From Planctomycetota bacterium (lineage in GTDB: Bacteria; Planctomycetota; B15-G4): a DNA stretch of 64,000 nt. Shown here in pieces: positions 28,777 to 37,904 of the stretch. The notes under the pieces are model-generated. The model searched no databases. It saw only the letters and a list, made by a program, of their open reading frames with translations, and had not been told where the DNA came from. Location: positions 160,440 to 224,439 of the forward strand of contig JBBQUR010000007.1 in the NCBI GenBank assembly GCA_038212275.1, read 5' to 3'. The position numbers and the translations under genes were made by a program. The number at the start of each line of letters is the position of its first letter. Within the stretch, counting starts at the first letter, position 1.

Positions 28777-29852
28777 AGATCGTCGCGCTCACGCGCACGT
28801 CGGCGCGAGGGCCGTCTTCGCGCTACCGCATCGAGCAATACCGTGAAGCACTCGCCGCGGAGGGCCTGCACGTGGAGACGGCGCCGCTCTTCGGCGACGG
28901 CTGGTTCGCGCTCCTCGAGTGGCGCCGGACGCCGCTGCGCGCGCTCGGCAAGGCCTTCTACAGCGCGGCGCGGCTCCCGGTGCGCGCCGTCCAGGCGTTC
29001 GCCGCGGCCACCGGCGATGCCGATCTCGTGCACATCGAGCAGCAGCTCTTCCCGTACCTGCCGTGGGCGCTCGAGTCGCTCCTCTGGCCGCGGCGCAAGC
29101 CGGTGGTGCTCGAGTTCGACGACGCGATCTTCCTCACCTTCGCCCACCGTCGGAAACTGGAGCGGGCCTGCGCGCGGGCCGACCTCGTCATCGTCGGCAA
29201 TCGCTTCCTCGCGGAGTTCGCGACGCCGCATGCCCGCCGCGTGACGGTCATCCCCACCACCGTGGACGTGGCGCGCTACAAGCATGCCCTGCGCGCACCC
29301 GACGGCGTGCTGCGCGTCGGCTGGATCGGGCTGCGCTACAACTTTCCGTACCTGTCCCGGCTGGTGGGTCCGCTGGCGCGGCTCGCCGCGGAGGGGATGG
29401 CCGTGGAGCTGCGCATCATCAGCAGCGCGGCCCCGGAGCTGGGGGCGGAGGCTGCCGGTTTCCGGGTCGTGCACCGCCCCTGGAGCGAGGCGGGAGAGGC
29501 GGCGGAGATCGCCGCCTGCGACGTGGGCGTCATGCCCCTGCCCGACAACGACTGGGCCCGCGGAAAGTGCGGCCTCAAGCTGCTCCAATTCATGGCAGCG
29601 CGACTGCCGGTCGTGGCCAGCCCGGTCGGATTCAACCGGGAACTGATCGAGGACGGCAGGAACGGGCTGCTCGCAGCCGATGAAGACGGGTGGGAGTCGG
29701 CCTTTCGTCGCCTCCATGATGATCCCGCCCTCGCAGGCCGGTTGGGAGCTGCGGGCCACCGCACCGTCGAAGAACAGTATTCTCTGCAGATCGGAACACG
29801 ACTCGTGTCGGATTCGTATCGCCAACTCCTCGCCCGCGCCGCTCACCCGTGA
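28773..29852 (+). CDS. Glycosyltransferase family 4
   Basis: SSRYR, EFDDAIF, DVGVMPL...GKCGLKLLQFMAARLPVVASPVG. Confidence 0.9.
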   Translation: MKIVALTRTSARGPSSRYRIEQYREALAAEGLHVETAPLFGDGWFALLEWRRTPLRALGKAFYSAARLPVRAVQAFAAATGDADLVHIEQQLFPYLPWALESLLWPRRKPVVLEFDDAIFLTFAHRRKLERACARADLVIVGNRFLAEFATPHARRVTVIPTTVDVARYKHALRAPDGVLRVGWIGLRYNFPYLSRLVGPLARLAAEGMAVELRIISSAAPELGAEAAGFRVVHRPWSEAGEAAEIAACDVGVMPLPDNDWARGKCGLKLLQFMAARLPVVASPVGFNRELIEDGRNGLLAADEDGWESAFRRLHDDPALAGRLGAAGHRTVEEQYSLQIGTRLVSDSYRQLLARAAHP

Positions 29853-30937
29853 TGTCCCACCTCCAGCCTGCCGACGTGATCTGGTACTGCCTCGCCTTCT
29901 TCACGGCGCTGGCGCTCGTGCTGTTCGTGACGCCGCTGACGATCCAGATCGCGACCGCGTTCCGCATCCACGACACGCCGGACGGACGGCTCAAGAAGCA
30001 CACGCGCACGACGCCCTACCTCGGCGGCCTGGCCGTGGCCGCGGGCTTCGTGATCAGCTTCAGCCTCTTCTCCACGAAGGACACGCTGGACTATCGAGGC
30101 CTCGGAATCCTCGCGGGCAGCTTCATGATGGTGCTGCTCGGCCTCTACGACGACCTCGTCAACCTGCGGCCCTCGGTGAAGTATCTGGGGCAGCTGCTCG
30201 CCGCCGTGGTGCTCTACAAGGCCGGCGTGCGCGTGCAGCTCGTGGCGCTCGACTGGTGGGGCAATCTGGCGCTCACCGTGCTCTGGATCACGGGCATCAC
30301 GAACGCGTTCAACATCATCGACGTGATGGACGGCGTTTCGTCGGGCGTGGCCTGCATCGCCGCGCTGTTCCTGTTTCTCATCAGCGTGCTCATCGGCAAG
30401 GATCCGCTCGTGCCGTTCCTCGCCATCACGCTGGCCGGGGCGCTGGTGGGCTTCCTGCGCTTCAACTTCACGCCGGCGCGCATCTTCCTCGGCGACACGG
30501 GCAGCATGTTCATCGGCTTCCTGATGGCCGCGATGTCCATGCTGGTGAGCTACTCGGGGCGCAACCAGTTCGCGGTGCTGACTCCCGTGGTGCTGCTTGC
30601 CGTGCCGATCTTCGACACCGTCTTCGTGGCGGTGCATCGCGCGCGCAAGGGCATCCCGTTCTTCCGCGGCTCGCCCGATCACTTCGTGCTGCGCGTCAGT
30701 CACTCCGGCGCCGGCGTGCGCCGCACGGTGCTGGGCACGTGGGCCTGCTGCACCGCGCTCGGCGTCGTGGCGCTGCTCATGGTGTTCGGCCCGCATGAGC
30801 TCGTGCCGTGGTTGATCGGTGCGACGCTGGTCGGCGCGCTGGTCGCCTTCGCCCTGCTCTCCCGGCTGCCGCCGCCTGGCGCCGCCGCACCCGCGGCGAC
30901 CCCGGCGCGATTGCGCGCACCACTGCGACGCGGCTGA
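29852..30937 (+). CDS. Polyprenyl-phosphate N-acetylhexosamine-1-phosphate transferase (WecA/TagO/MraY family)
   Basis: KKH...TPYLGGLA, GLYDD, NAFNIIDVMDG, NFTPARIFLGDTGS, PIFDT. Confidence 0.92.
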   Translation: MSHLQPADVIWYCLAFFTALALVLFVTPLTIQIATAFRIHDTPDGRLKKHTRTTPYLGGLAVAAGFVISFSLFSTKDTLDYRGLGILAGSFMMVLLGLYDDLVNLRPSVKYLGQLLAAVVLYKAGVRVQLVALDWWGNLALTVLWITGITNAFNIIDVMDGVSSGVACIAALFLFLISVLIGKDPLVPFLAITLAGALVGFLRFNFTPARIFLGDTGSMFIGFLMAAMSMLVSYSGRNQFAVLTPVVLLAVPIFDTVFVAVHRARKGIPFFRGSPDHFVLRVSHSGAGVRRTVLGTWACCTALGVVALLMVFGPHELVPWLIGATLVGALVAFALLSRLPPPGAAAPAATPARLRAPLRRG

Positions 30938-32226
30938 TGGCCTCCCCCGCCGTCGCGACACTCCTCGCTCGACTTCCGCCGCCGCCACAGCGCGAGCTCC
31001 TCCCGGGGCGACACGACGAGGTGGCGGGGCCCGCGGTCGCGGAACGGTTTCTCGGCCAGCTCGAACCCGTGGACCACTCGATCCTCGTGCTCGTGCTCGG
31101 CCTGGGTCTCGACCTGGGCAGCGTTTCCTACGTGCTGCAGCTCGATCCGTCCATCGTCGCGTGGCGCCTGCGCCGCACGCTGCTCTCCGGACCCGAGAGC
31201 GTGGCCCCGGCGGCGCTCGAGTCGGGCGTGACGCAGTGGTTGCGAAACCGCTCGGGCGACGCGGCCGGCGACGGTCGGTCCGGCGGCAAGGAGGGCACGA
31301 TCGCCGCGCGCTTCTTCGCGGACTTCTCCGCCGACGCCCGCGAGCGCCTCGAGGTGCGGCTCGACAGCCACGACCAGGAAGCCTCGACGGCCACCCGTCG
31401 CCCCGGGCTGGGCATCGGATCGCTCGTGCTCATCCTCGTGGCGGCAGCCGGCTTCATGGTCTACGGCGCGGTGCGCGACGTGAATCCGCTGTGGCGCGGC
31501 ATGGCGCTGGTGCGACAGGCCGACTTCAACGCCGCACGCGACTCCTTCCAGGAACTCGGCGCGCTGCCCGAGGGCCGCGCGTGGATCGCCATCACCTGGC
31601 TCGCGGAAGGCGACTTCGACCACGCGCTCATGGTCCTGGCGGAGCCTGGCGCTACCAGGTTCCTCGGCGAATTCCGGCCGATGGACGCGCCGCTGCCCGG
31701 CGTCGACTTCCATCCGGGCAGCCACGCGCTGCTGCCGCGCGGCCTCAGCGCCGATCCGCGGCCTCCCTTCGTCTACATCGCGGACGGCGCCACGACACTC
31801 ACGCTCGACCTGAATCCGGACGAGCCGGGCCGTGCACGCAAGGTGAGCCGGAAGCTTCCGGGCGACGGCACCGCCACGGGCGTGACCGTGCTCCCATACC
31901 CCGACGAGTGGCCCGATCTCCCGGAAGGCGTCGTGCTCTGGGACGTGCAGGGCGCCGAGACGGAACCGACGTCCGTGTCGTTGCTGCCGAGGGACGCACG
32001 CCGCGAGATCACGCTGCACGCGACCGCACGACTCACGCACGAGATCCCGCTGCCGGCCCGCGAATTCCTGCGCGCGCAGTACGACCTGCGGAACGGTCTT
32101 CTCGTGCAGGCCGCGGAGCATGTGGCCACGCTTGCCGGACTCTTCCCGGATGCTGCCTATCCTCGAGAGACTCTCGTGCGGATCGGCGCCGCTCTCGGAG
32201 TCGACCCGGCCGTGCTGGTTCGGTAG
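30937..32226 (+). CDS. Hypothetical bitopic membrane protein with sigma-region-4-like N-terminal HTH
   Basis: TGATG coupling; LEPVDHSILVL...GLDLGSVSYVLQLDPSIVAWRLRR; one TM helix (LVLILVAAAGFMVY); helical/TPR-like C-terminal part. Confidence 0.6.
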   Translation: MASPAVATLLARLPPPPQRELLPGRHDEVAGPAVAERFLGQLEPVDHSILVLVLGLGLDLGSVSYVLQLDPSIVAWRLRRTLLSGPESVAPAALESGVTQWLRNRSGDAAGDGRSGGKEGTIAARFFADFSADARERLEVRLDSHDQEASTATRRPGLGIGSLVLILVAAAGFMVYGAVRDVNPLWRGMALVRQADFNAARDSFQELGALPEGRAWIAITWLAEGDFDHALMVLAEPGATRFLGEFRPMDAPLPGVDFHPGSHALLPRGLSADPRPPFVYIADGATTLTLDLNPDEPGRARKVSRKLPGDGTATGVTVLPYPDEWPDLPEGVVLWDVQGAETEPTSVSLLPRDARREITLHATARLTHEIPLPAREFLRAQYDLRNGLLVQAAEHVATLAGLFPDAAYPRETLVRIGAALGVDPAVLVR

Positions 32227-32258
32227 CCTGCCGACCTCCCAGCGGGGCAGCTCAGCGC

Positions 32259-33635
32259 ATGGTCGTGATCCTCGGTGCCGGCCTCGCCGGCCTCTCCGCC
32301 GCCTGTCATCTGGGAAGCGCCGAGACGTTGATCGTGGAGCGCCACGACGAGGTCGGCGGCCTCTGCCGTTCGTTCCGGGAAGCCGGCTTCACCTTCGACT
32401 GCACAGGCCACCTCCTTCACGTGAAGGACCCGGAGCTGCGGCGCTGGGTGCAGGAGCTGCTGCCTGACGGCTGGGTGAACCTGCAGCGCAGCGCGTGGAT
32501 CGCCTCGCACGGCGTGCTCACGCCCTACCCGTTTCAGGCCAACACCGCGGGCCTGCCGCTCGACGTGCGCCTCGACTGCCTGCTCGGTTTCATCGAGACG
32601 CTGCGCGACCGCCATCGCCTGGCCGCGCCTGCACTGCCCGAGCTGCGCCCCCTCGAACCCGCGCTTCCCTTCCTCGCGCTGGCCGGCGCCGCGGCGCCCG
32701 ACGAGCCGAGTTTCCTCGCCTGGATCCACGCCACGTTCGGCGCGGGCTTCGCGCGCCATTTCTTCGAACCCTACAACCGCAAGCTCTTCCAGCGCGATCT
32801 TTCGGAGATCACGGCGGACTGGGTGAGCTGGAGCATCCCGCGGCCCGAACTCGCCGACGTGCTGCGCGGCGCCATCACGACCACCGACAAGTCGTTCGGC
32901 TACAACCCCGAATTCCTGTATCCCCGCGAAGGCGGCATCGACAGGTTGCCGCGCGCCATCGCACAGCGCCTGCCGCGCGGCGTCCTGCGCACGGGCGTCA
33001 CCGTCACGGCTCTCGACGCCGGCCGGCTGCGCGTGACACTCGACGGCAGCGAGACCGTCGAGGGCGACAGCGTGCTCTCCAGCCTGCCGCTGCCCGCGCT
33101 CGCGCGCCTCACCACCGACCTGCCGCCGGCGCTGCGCGAGGCGTCGCGCGCGCTGTCGCACGTCTCGGTGCGAGCCGTGAACCTCGGCGTGCGCGGCCCG
33201 CCGCCGCATCCCGACGCCCAATGGATCTACGTGCCCGACGCAGCCACGCCGTTCTATCGCGTGGGCCTGCCTTCCGCACTGACGCCTGCCATGGCGCCGG
33301 AGGGTCACCATGCGCTCACGGCAGAGATTTCAGCGCTTCCCGGCACGCTGCCGCCGCCGGACGCGAGCATCGCGCAATCGATCGACGCGCTCATCGCGCT
33401 CGGACTGCTGCGCGATCGCGCCGACGTCGTCCACACACACGTCGTGGACATTCCCGAGGCCTACGTGGTCTTCGATCGCGAGCGACGTCGCGTCCTGCCC
33501 GAGCTGATGCGCTGGTACGTGCGGCGCGGCGTCGTGCCGCTCGGCCGATACGGCGCGTGGGACTATCTGTCCATGGAGGACTGCCTCCGGCACGGTCGGC
33601 AGGCAGCCGCGTGGGTGGCGCGGCGGCGCGCATGA
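32259..33635 (+). CDS. Second FAD-dependent UGM/protoporphyrinogen-oxidase-like oxidoreductase
   Basis: GAGLAG, GGLCRS, FDCTGHLLH, YPFQ, PYNRKLF, FLYPREGG, GRYGAWDYLSMED. Confidence 0.8.
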   Translation: MVVILGAGLAGLSAACHLGSAETLIVERHDEVGGLCRSFREAGFTFDCTGHLLHVKDPELRRWVQELLPDGWVNLQRSAWIASHGVLTPYPFQANTAGLPLDVRLDCLLGFIETLRDRHRLAAPALPELRPLEPALPFLALAGAAAPDEPSFLAWIHATFGAGFARHFFEPYNRKLFQRDLSEITADWVSWSIPRPELADVLRGAITTTDKSFGYNPEFLYPREGGIDRLPRAIAQRLPRGVLRTGVTVTALDAGRLRVTLDGSETVEGDSVLSSLPLPALARLTTDLPPALREASRALSHVSVRAVNLGVRGPPPHPDAQWIYVPDAATPFYRVGLPSALTPAMAPEGHHALTAEISALPGTLPPPDASIAQSIDALIALGLLRDRADVVHTHVVDIPEAYVVFDRERRRVLPELMRWYVRRGVVPLGRYGAWDYLSMEDCLRHGRQAAAWVARRRA

Positions 33636-34810
33636 CCCGCGGCATCGAGCCGGTGCCCGTGGTGCACGTCATCACGCAGCTCGAGCTCGGCGGCGCGCAG
33701 CAGAACACGCTGCACACGGTGGCGTCCCTCGACCGCAGGCGCTTTGCGCCGCGGCTCGTGTGCGGCCCAGGCGGCCTGCTCGACGACGACGCGCGCGCGC
33801 TGCACGACGTGCCGGTGCACTTCCTGCCGGACCTGGTGCGACCGGTGAGTCCCTGGCGCGACCTCGCCGCGACCTCCGCGCTGGTCGCGCTGCTCACGCC
33901 GCTCGCGGCGCGCGGGCCGGTCATCGTGCACACGCACAGCAGCAAGGCCGGCATCGTCGGCCGGCGCGCGGCGCAGCGGGCGGGCTGCGCGCCCGTCGTG
34001 CATTCGGTGCACGGCTTCGGGCACGCGGCGCTGCCGGCCGGACCGCTGCGCGCACTGGGCCTGCTGCTCGAGCGCCGCATGGCGCGCTGCACCGACTCCT
34101 TCCTGTGCGTGTCGCAGGCGAGCATCGAGCAGGGCCGCGCGCTGCGGCTCTTCGGCAACCGGCCCGTGCACCTGGTGCGCAGCGGCATCGATCTCGCGGA
34201 GTTCGCGCGCGCCGACGCGCTGCGCGCCGCGGCGCGCGCGGAACTCGGCCTGGCGGCCGACACGCCGGTCGTCGGCATGATCGCGTGCCTCAAGCCGCAG
34301 AAGGCGCCGCTCGACTTCGTGGAGCTGGCAGCTGCGGTGGCGGCCGCCCGGCCCGACACGCGCTTCTTCATCGCAGGTGATGGCGCCTTGCGCGCCGCCG
34401 TGGAGGCCCGCCTCGCGCACCACGCGCTGTCGGCACGCTGCGCGCTTCTCGGCTGGCGCCGCGACGTGCCCGCACTGCTCGGTGCGCTCGACGTGCTGGT
34501 GCTCACGTCGCGCTGGGAGGGCCTGCCGCGCGTGTGCCCGCAGGCCATGGCTGCCGGCCGGCCCGTCGTGGCCACGGCGGTGGACGGCACGCCGGAAGCC
34601 GTCGTGAACGGGCGCAACGGTTTCCTGATCCGGCCGGGCGACACAGCCACCGGAGCGGCCCGCGTGCTCGAGCTTCTCGACGACCCGGCGCTGCGCGCGC
34701 GCTTCGCGGCGGCGGGCCGAGCCGCCGTCTCCGAGTTCAGCGAGGAGCGCATGGTCGCCGATCAGGAACGCATCTACACTGAACTGCTCGCGTCGGTCGC
34801 CAGCCGCTGA
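33632..34810 (+). CDS. Glycosyltransferase family 4
   Basis: HVITQLELGGAQ, HTHSSKAG, KPQK, SRWEGLPR...AMAAGRPVVAT. Confidence 0.9.
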   Translation: MTRGIEPVPVVHVITQLELGGAQQNTLHTVASLDRRRFAPRLVCGPGGLLDDDARALHDVPVHFLPDLVRPVSPWRDLAATSALVALLTPLAARGPVIVHTHSSKAGIVGRRAAQRAGCAPVVHSVHGFGHAALPAGPLRALGLLLERRMARCTDSFLCVSQASIEQGRALRLFGNRPVHLVRSGIDLAEFARADALRAAARAELGLAADTPVVGMIACLKPQKAPLDFVELAAAVAAARPDTRFFIAGDGALRAAVEARLAHHALSARCALLGWRRDVPALLGALDVLVLTSRWEGLPRVCPQAMAAGRPVVATAVDGTPEAVVNGRNGFLIRPGDTATGAARVLELLDDPALRARFAAAGRAAVSEFSEERMVADQERIYTELLASVASR

Positions 34811-34867
34811 CGTCTCCGCCGGAGCGAGTTCCCGGTGACGCGCCCCATCCCGGACGGAAAGCCTTCG

Positions 34868-37588
34868 ATGCCTTCGCACCCGTTTCCTGCCGCCCGTCGT
34901 CTCACGGATCCGCCCCGCGACGCGACACTGCGCGCGCCGGGCGCGCGCGTGGCGGTGCTCGCATCCCTGCTCCAGCTCTTCGGCGCGTCGCTTGCCTTGC
35001 CATCGCTCGGCCTGGCGCTTGCACTTCCCTTCGCGTTGCCGGCCTGCGCGTCCTATCCGACCCTCGTGAAGGACGGAATGCCGCTGCCCACGGAGAACTG
35101 GATCTCGGAGGAGGATGAAGAGGAGTCCTCCGAGAGCCGCAAGAAGTGGTTCGAAGAGTTGCACCGCTCCGCACCGGACGTCGACTGGAGGCTCATCGAG
35201 CGACGCAACGGCGAACAGCAGCGCGAGAAGCGCAACCAGCTCGCGAGCATGGCCGCAGTCTCCACCCGCTGGAGCGAGGTCGGCAGCCGCAACCAGGCCG
35301 GGCGCATGCACGTCGTCGCCATGGCGCCGGACGGGCAGTCGCTCTACGCCGGCTCGGCGCTCGGCGGCGTGTGGCACGGCACGCTCGACGGGCACGACTG
35401 GACCCCGCTGGGCGACAACATCTACGGCGGCGCGCATTTCCTTGCCGTGGTTGCGGGTGCGCAGCCCGGCGCCCCCGACGTGGTGCTGCGCGCCACCGAG
35501 GACGGCCTCATCCACGTCACGCGCGACAACGGCGCGACCTGGCAGCAGCCCACCGGCGTCAACGCCGTGAATTCCGTGCGACGCGCGCTCGTGCGCGCCG
35601 ACGGCAGCGGGACGATCTTCCTCGTCGCGCGCTACGCCGACACCTTCGGCGTGCAGCGATGGGCGCTGTACCGCTCCACCGACGCCGCGCTGTCCTTCCA
35701 GCGCGTCTTCATCATCGGCACGGCGGCCGGCGATGCGTGGGTCTCGCGCACCGGTCCTTCGCCCGTCTGGGTGCTGACCGGGAACAAGCTCCGCATCAGC
35801 AACAACGACGGCGACACCTTCACCGACGTCTCGTCGCTGCCCGTCACCACGACGGCCGGCGAGCTGGCAGGCAGCGAGGCCGGCGCGCCGCGCTTCTGGG
35901 CGGCGCTCGACGTCGGCGGCACGCGCACGCTGTATCGCTCGGACAATGCGGGCCTGAACTGGAGCTCGGTCACCCAGCTGACCGACTACTGGACCGGCTC
36001 CGTGAACGCCTCGATCGTGAACGCGGACCTCGTGGCGTACGGGGGGCTGGAATGCTTCCGCAGCGCCAATGCGGGCGCCAGCTTCACCAAGGTCAACACC
36101 TGGTCCGACTACTACGGCGACGTGGTCAACAAGCTGCACGCGGACATTCCCGGCATCGACGTGCTGCCGAACGGCGCGGGCGGCGAGTTCTGGTACGTGG
36201 ACACCGACGGCGGCCTTTTCCTCTCGACGAACGGACTCGTCAGCGTGACCAACCTCTCGCTGAACGGGCTGCGCGTGAGCCAGTACTACACCACGCTCAC
36301 GTCGGCTGCGAACCCGCTGCACGTCGTGGCCGGCGCGCAGGATCAGGGCTACCAGCGCGCTTCGGCGGCGTCGTCCGATCCGGGCGGCACGCTGCTCGAC
36401 TTCGCGCAGATCATCAGCGGCGACTACGGCCACGCGACGTCGGGCGACGGCACGCACGCCTTCGTGTACTCCGTCTACCCGGGTTTCGTGCTCGTCCAGA
36501 AGGGCGAGGGACTGCCGCAGCTGTATCAGGTCGATTTCCCTTCCGCCGAAACCTACAGCTGGCTGCCGTTCATCCTGGCTGATCCGCTCAACAACCAGCG
36601 CTTCTTCTTCTGCGCGTCGCACCTGTACCGCTATGTGAAGTCGGGGCCGTCGGCGTGGATCCCGTCGCAGTGGTCCACGCAGAACTTCGCGGCCGGCAGC
36701 GGCGAGCACCTTGCTGCCCTGGCGTACTCGCCGCTCGACAAGCTGCGCATGTACGGAGTCACGAACAACGGGCGCTTCTTCCGCAGCAGCGACCAGGGCG
36801 TCACGTGGGCGCAAGGCACCGGCAGCGGCCCCGGGCCGCAGTACCTGTACGGACAGGCGATCGTCGCGAGCAACCAGGACATCAACACCGCGTACGTCGG
36901 CGGCAGCGGCTACAGCAACCCGGCCGTGTGGCGCACCACCGATGGCGGCGTGACCTGGCAACCGTGGAGCGACGGCCTTCCTGCCACGCTCGTCTACTGC
37001 ATGGCGCAGGCGCAGGACGGCAGCGGCGCGCTCTTCGCCGGGACCGAACGTGGCTGCTTCCGCCGCGACCCGACCTCCGCGGCGTGGGTGGACATCACGA
37101 GCAACGAGGCGCCGATCACGGTCTACTGGAGCGTGGAGTCGGTGCCGTCCAGCCACGTGATGCGCTTCGGCACCTACGGTCGCGGCATCTGGGACTACAG
37201 CCTCGACGACCCGTGTACCTACGAGGCCCACGGCACCGGCCTGGGCGGCAGCAACACCGTGGTGCTCGACAGCGGCTCCACGACCCACATCGGATCGACG
37301 CACACGCTGAACATCAGCGGCGCGCCGCCGTCGCTGGCCGGGGCGCTGCTCTACTCGCCCTCGCCGGCGAGCATCCCCTTCAAGGGCGGCACGCTGCTCG
37401 TCGACGTCGGCCTGCTGCTTCAGATCCCCGTCTCCACCAACGGAAGCGGCGCGGCCAGCCTGCCGCTCGCGATCCCGAACGACCCGCTGCTCGTCGGATT
37501 TCCGCTGAACTTCCAGGCGGCCTTCAAGCAGGGTCCGAGCGGCCCGTGGGCGTTCAGCAACGGGCTGACGGCGACGCTCTGCCCCTAG
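34868..37588 (+). CDS. Secreted BNR/Asp-box (VPS10/sialidase-like) beta-propeller protein with C-terminal beta domain
   Basis: Repeated SxDxGxTW boxes (TRDNGATW, SDNAGLNW, SSDQGVTW, TTDGGVTW), LHAD, GAQDQG, TYGRGIW; long signal/lipoprotein-like leader. Start uncertain. Confidence 0.82.
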   Translation: MPSHPFPAARRLTDPPRDATLRAPGARVAVLASLLQLFGASLALPSLGLALALPFALPACASYPTLVKDGMPLPTENWISEEDEEESSESRKKWFEELHRSAPDVDWRLIERRNGEQQREKRNQLASMAAVSTRWSEVGSRNQAGRMHVVAMAPDGQSLYAGSALGGVWHGTLDGHDWTPLGDNIYGGAHFLAVVAGAQPGAPDVVLRATEDGLIHVTRDNGATWQQPTGVNAVNSVRRALVRADGSGTIFLVARYADTFGVQRWALYRSTDAALSFQRVFIIGTAAGDAWVSRTGPSPVWVLTGNKLRISNNDGDTFTDVSSLPVTTTAGELAGSEAGAPRFWAALDVGGTRTLYRSDNAGLNWSSVTQLTDYWTGSVNASIVNADLVAYGGLECFRSANAGASFTKVNTWSDYYGDVVNKLHADIPGIDVLPNGAGGEFWYVDTDGGLFLSTNGLVSVTNLSLNGLRVSQYYTTLTSAANPLHVVAGAQDQGYQRASAASSDPGGTLLDFAQIISGDYGHATSGDGTHAFVYSVYPGFVLVQKGEGLPQLYQVDFPSAETYSWLPFILADPLNNQRFFFCASHLYRYVKSGPSAWIPSQWSTQNFAAGSGEHLAALAYSPLDKLRMYGVTNNGRFFRSSDQGVTWAQGTGSGPGPQYLYGQAIVASNQDINTAYVGGSGYSNPAVWRTTDGGVTWQPWSDGLPATLVYCMAQAQDGSGALFAGTERGCFRRDPTSAAWVDITSNEAPITVYWSVESVPSSHVMRFGTYGRGIWDYSLDDPCTYEAHGTGLGGSNTVVLDSGSTTHIGSTHTLNISGAPPSLAGALLYSPSPASIPFKGGTLLVDVGLLLQIPVSTNGSGAASLPLAIPNDPLLVGFPLNFQAAFKQGPSGPWAFSNGLTATLCP

Positions 37589-37757
37589 AGCGACGCCCTG
37601 CCCCCCGGAGGCGGCGCGCTTCTGCCATGGCACTTGTCATGGCCTTTTAAGAACCTCTTAGGTGCCCTGTGAACGCCCGCGCCTCCTCTGGCGGCATGGT
37701 GGTGACGCGTCGCCGAAGCGACCGCCGCAGGGCGCGATGAGCGGGGCGGAGCGGCGT

Positions 37758-37791
37758 GTGCAACTTCGTGCGACTTCGTGCGACTTCGTGC
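37758..37791. repeat. 10-bp tandem repeat (GTGCGACTTC x about 3.4)
   Basis: gtgcaacttcgtgcgacttcgtgcgacttcgtgc. Confidence 0.85.
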
Positions 37792-37832
37792 GGCGTGACG
37801 GCAGGAGCGGGCCGGGGGCGCGGGCCCCTTGC

Positions 37833-37885
37833 TTTTGAGATCAACTCTCATTACAAAACCGCCCCACGTTGCGTGTCAGTCTCAA
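37833..37885 (+). promoter_or_regulatory. Fur/iron-box-like inverted repeat upstream of the porin operon
   Basis: TGAGA-tcaac-TCTCA dyad (37836-37850) in an AT-rich patch, plus a second half-site GTCTCAA at 37879-37885. Confidence 0.55.
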
Positions 37886-37904
37886 TTCAGGACCTTCCCG
37901 AGCC

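Noticed and set aside
33563..37633. 1356-aa minus-strand ORF and similar long antisense ORFs (e.g. 8936..10933, 17126..18979, 50687..52771, 53373..55628)
   Set aside because: They are shadows of well-supported genes on the opposite strand; stop codons are rare in high-GC DNA and the translations have no motifs.
37758..37791. Short direct repeats as a possible CRISPR array
   Set aside because: The units are 10-12 bp, contiguous and spacer-free, and there are no cas genes in the window.
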